Assembly (NCBI RefSeq): GCF_001194135.2
Contig: NC_068988.1
Span: 56,874,260 to 56,938,259, forward strand
DNA: 64,000 nt
Reading direction: 5' to 3'
Source of the DNA: Octopus bimaculoides
Lineage: Eukaryota
Each line of letters starts with the position of its first letter. Position 1 is the stretch's first letter. Under the pieces are notes generated by a model. The model was not told the DNA's origin. It saw only the letters and a list, made by a program, of their open reading frames with translations, and searched no databases. Position numbers and translations under genes: made by a program. Of the stretch, positions 63,698 through 64,000 are shown in pieces.

Positions 63698-64000
63698 ACC
63701 AAGTGATGTATTTAGAACTATCAGCCAAAGGACCTGCTGACTGCAGTACTAAACCATGTTGTTTATTGTACTTAGTACCTAGATACCCTAGGGCTAGCTG
63801 ACAGTTGTATTAAGTTAGGTGGAAAGTTGAGCCTAACACCTATTTGACAAATAGCATTTATAGAATATACAACAAAGAAAACAAAAAAATGAAGTAAAAA
63901 CAAATATGACAGTTTCACCAGCAGAAAATAGGTAAATGTGTCACAATGTATCTAAGTATCGTTTGCCTTTTATTTTTCGTTTCAGTCATTAGACTGTGGT

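Overview
AT-rich, repeat-dense eukaryotic DNA, almost all intronic or intergenic, from a draft assembly (11 N-gaps, about 2.9 kb). The SINE families and (TA)n/(CA)n/(AAT)n/(CAT)n microsatellite load suggest an octopod cephalopod (inference from recall, not a search). One protein-coding exon is clear: a 110-nt minus-strand exon (5395-5504) encoding the RGS-homology domain start of a GRK4/5/6 (Gprk2-type) G protein-coupled receptor kinase, with canonical splice sites. Its neighbouring exons are not visible. A CpG-retaining, promoter-like block at about 21.0-23.4 kb carries two candidate minus-strand exons. The rest is tRNA-derived SINEs, RTE-LINE tails, a full-length dead mariner, other Tc1/mariner remnants, hAT/piggyBac/Tigger-like MITEs, decayed Penelope-like and BEL/Pao-like pieces, and several fold-back hairpins, including a ~490-bp inverted duplication. 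Nearly all ORFs in the supplied track are artefacts of microsatellites, SINEs or gaps. I found no prokaryote-type system (CRISPR, operon) and no demonstrably new biological system. The best leads are the internal promoter/micro-exon and the dsRNA-forming hairpins in the likely GRK pre-mRNA.
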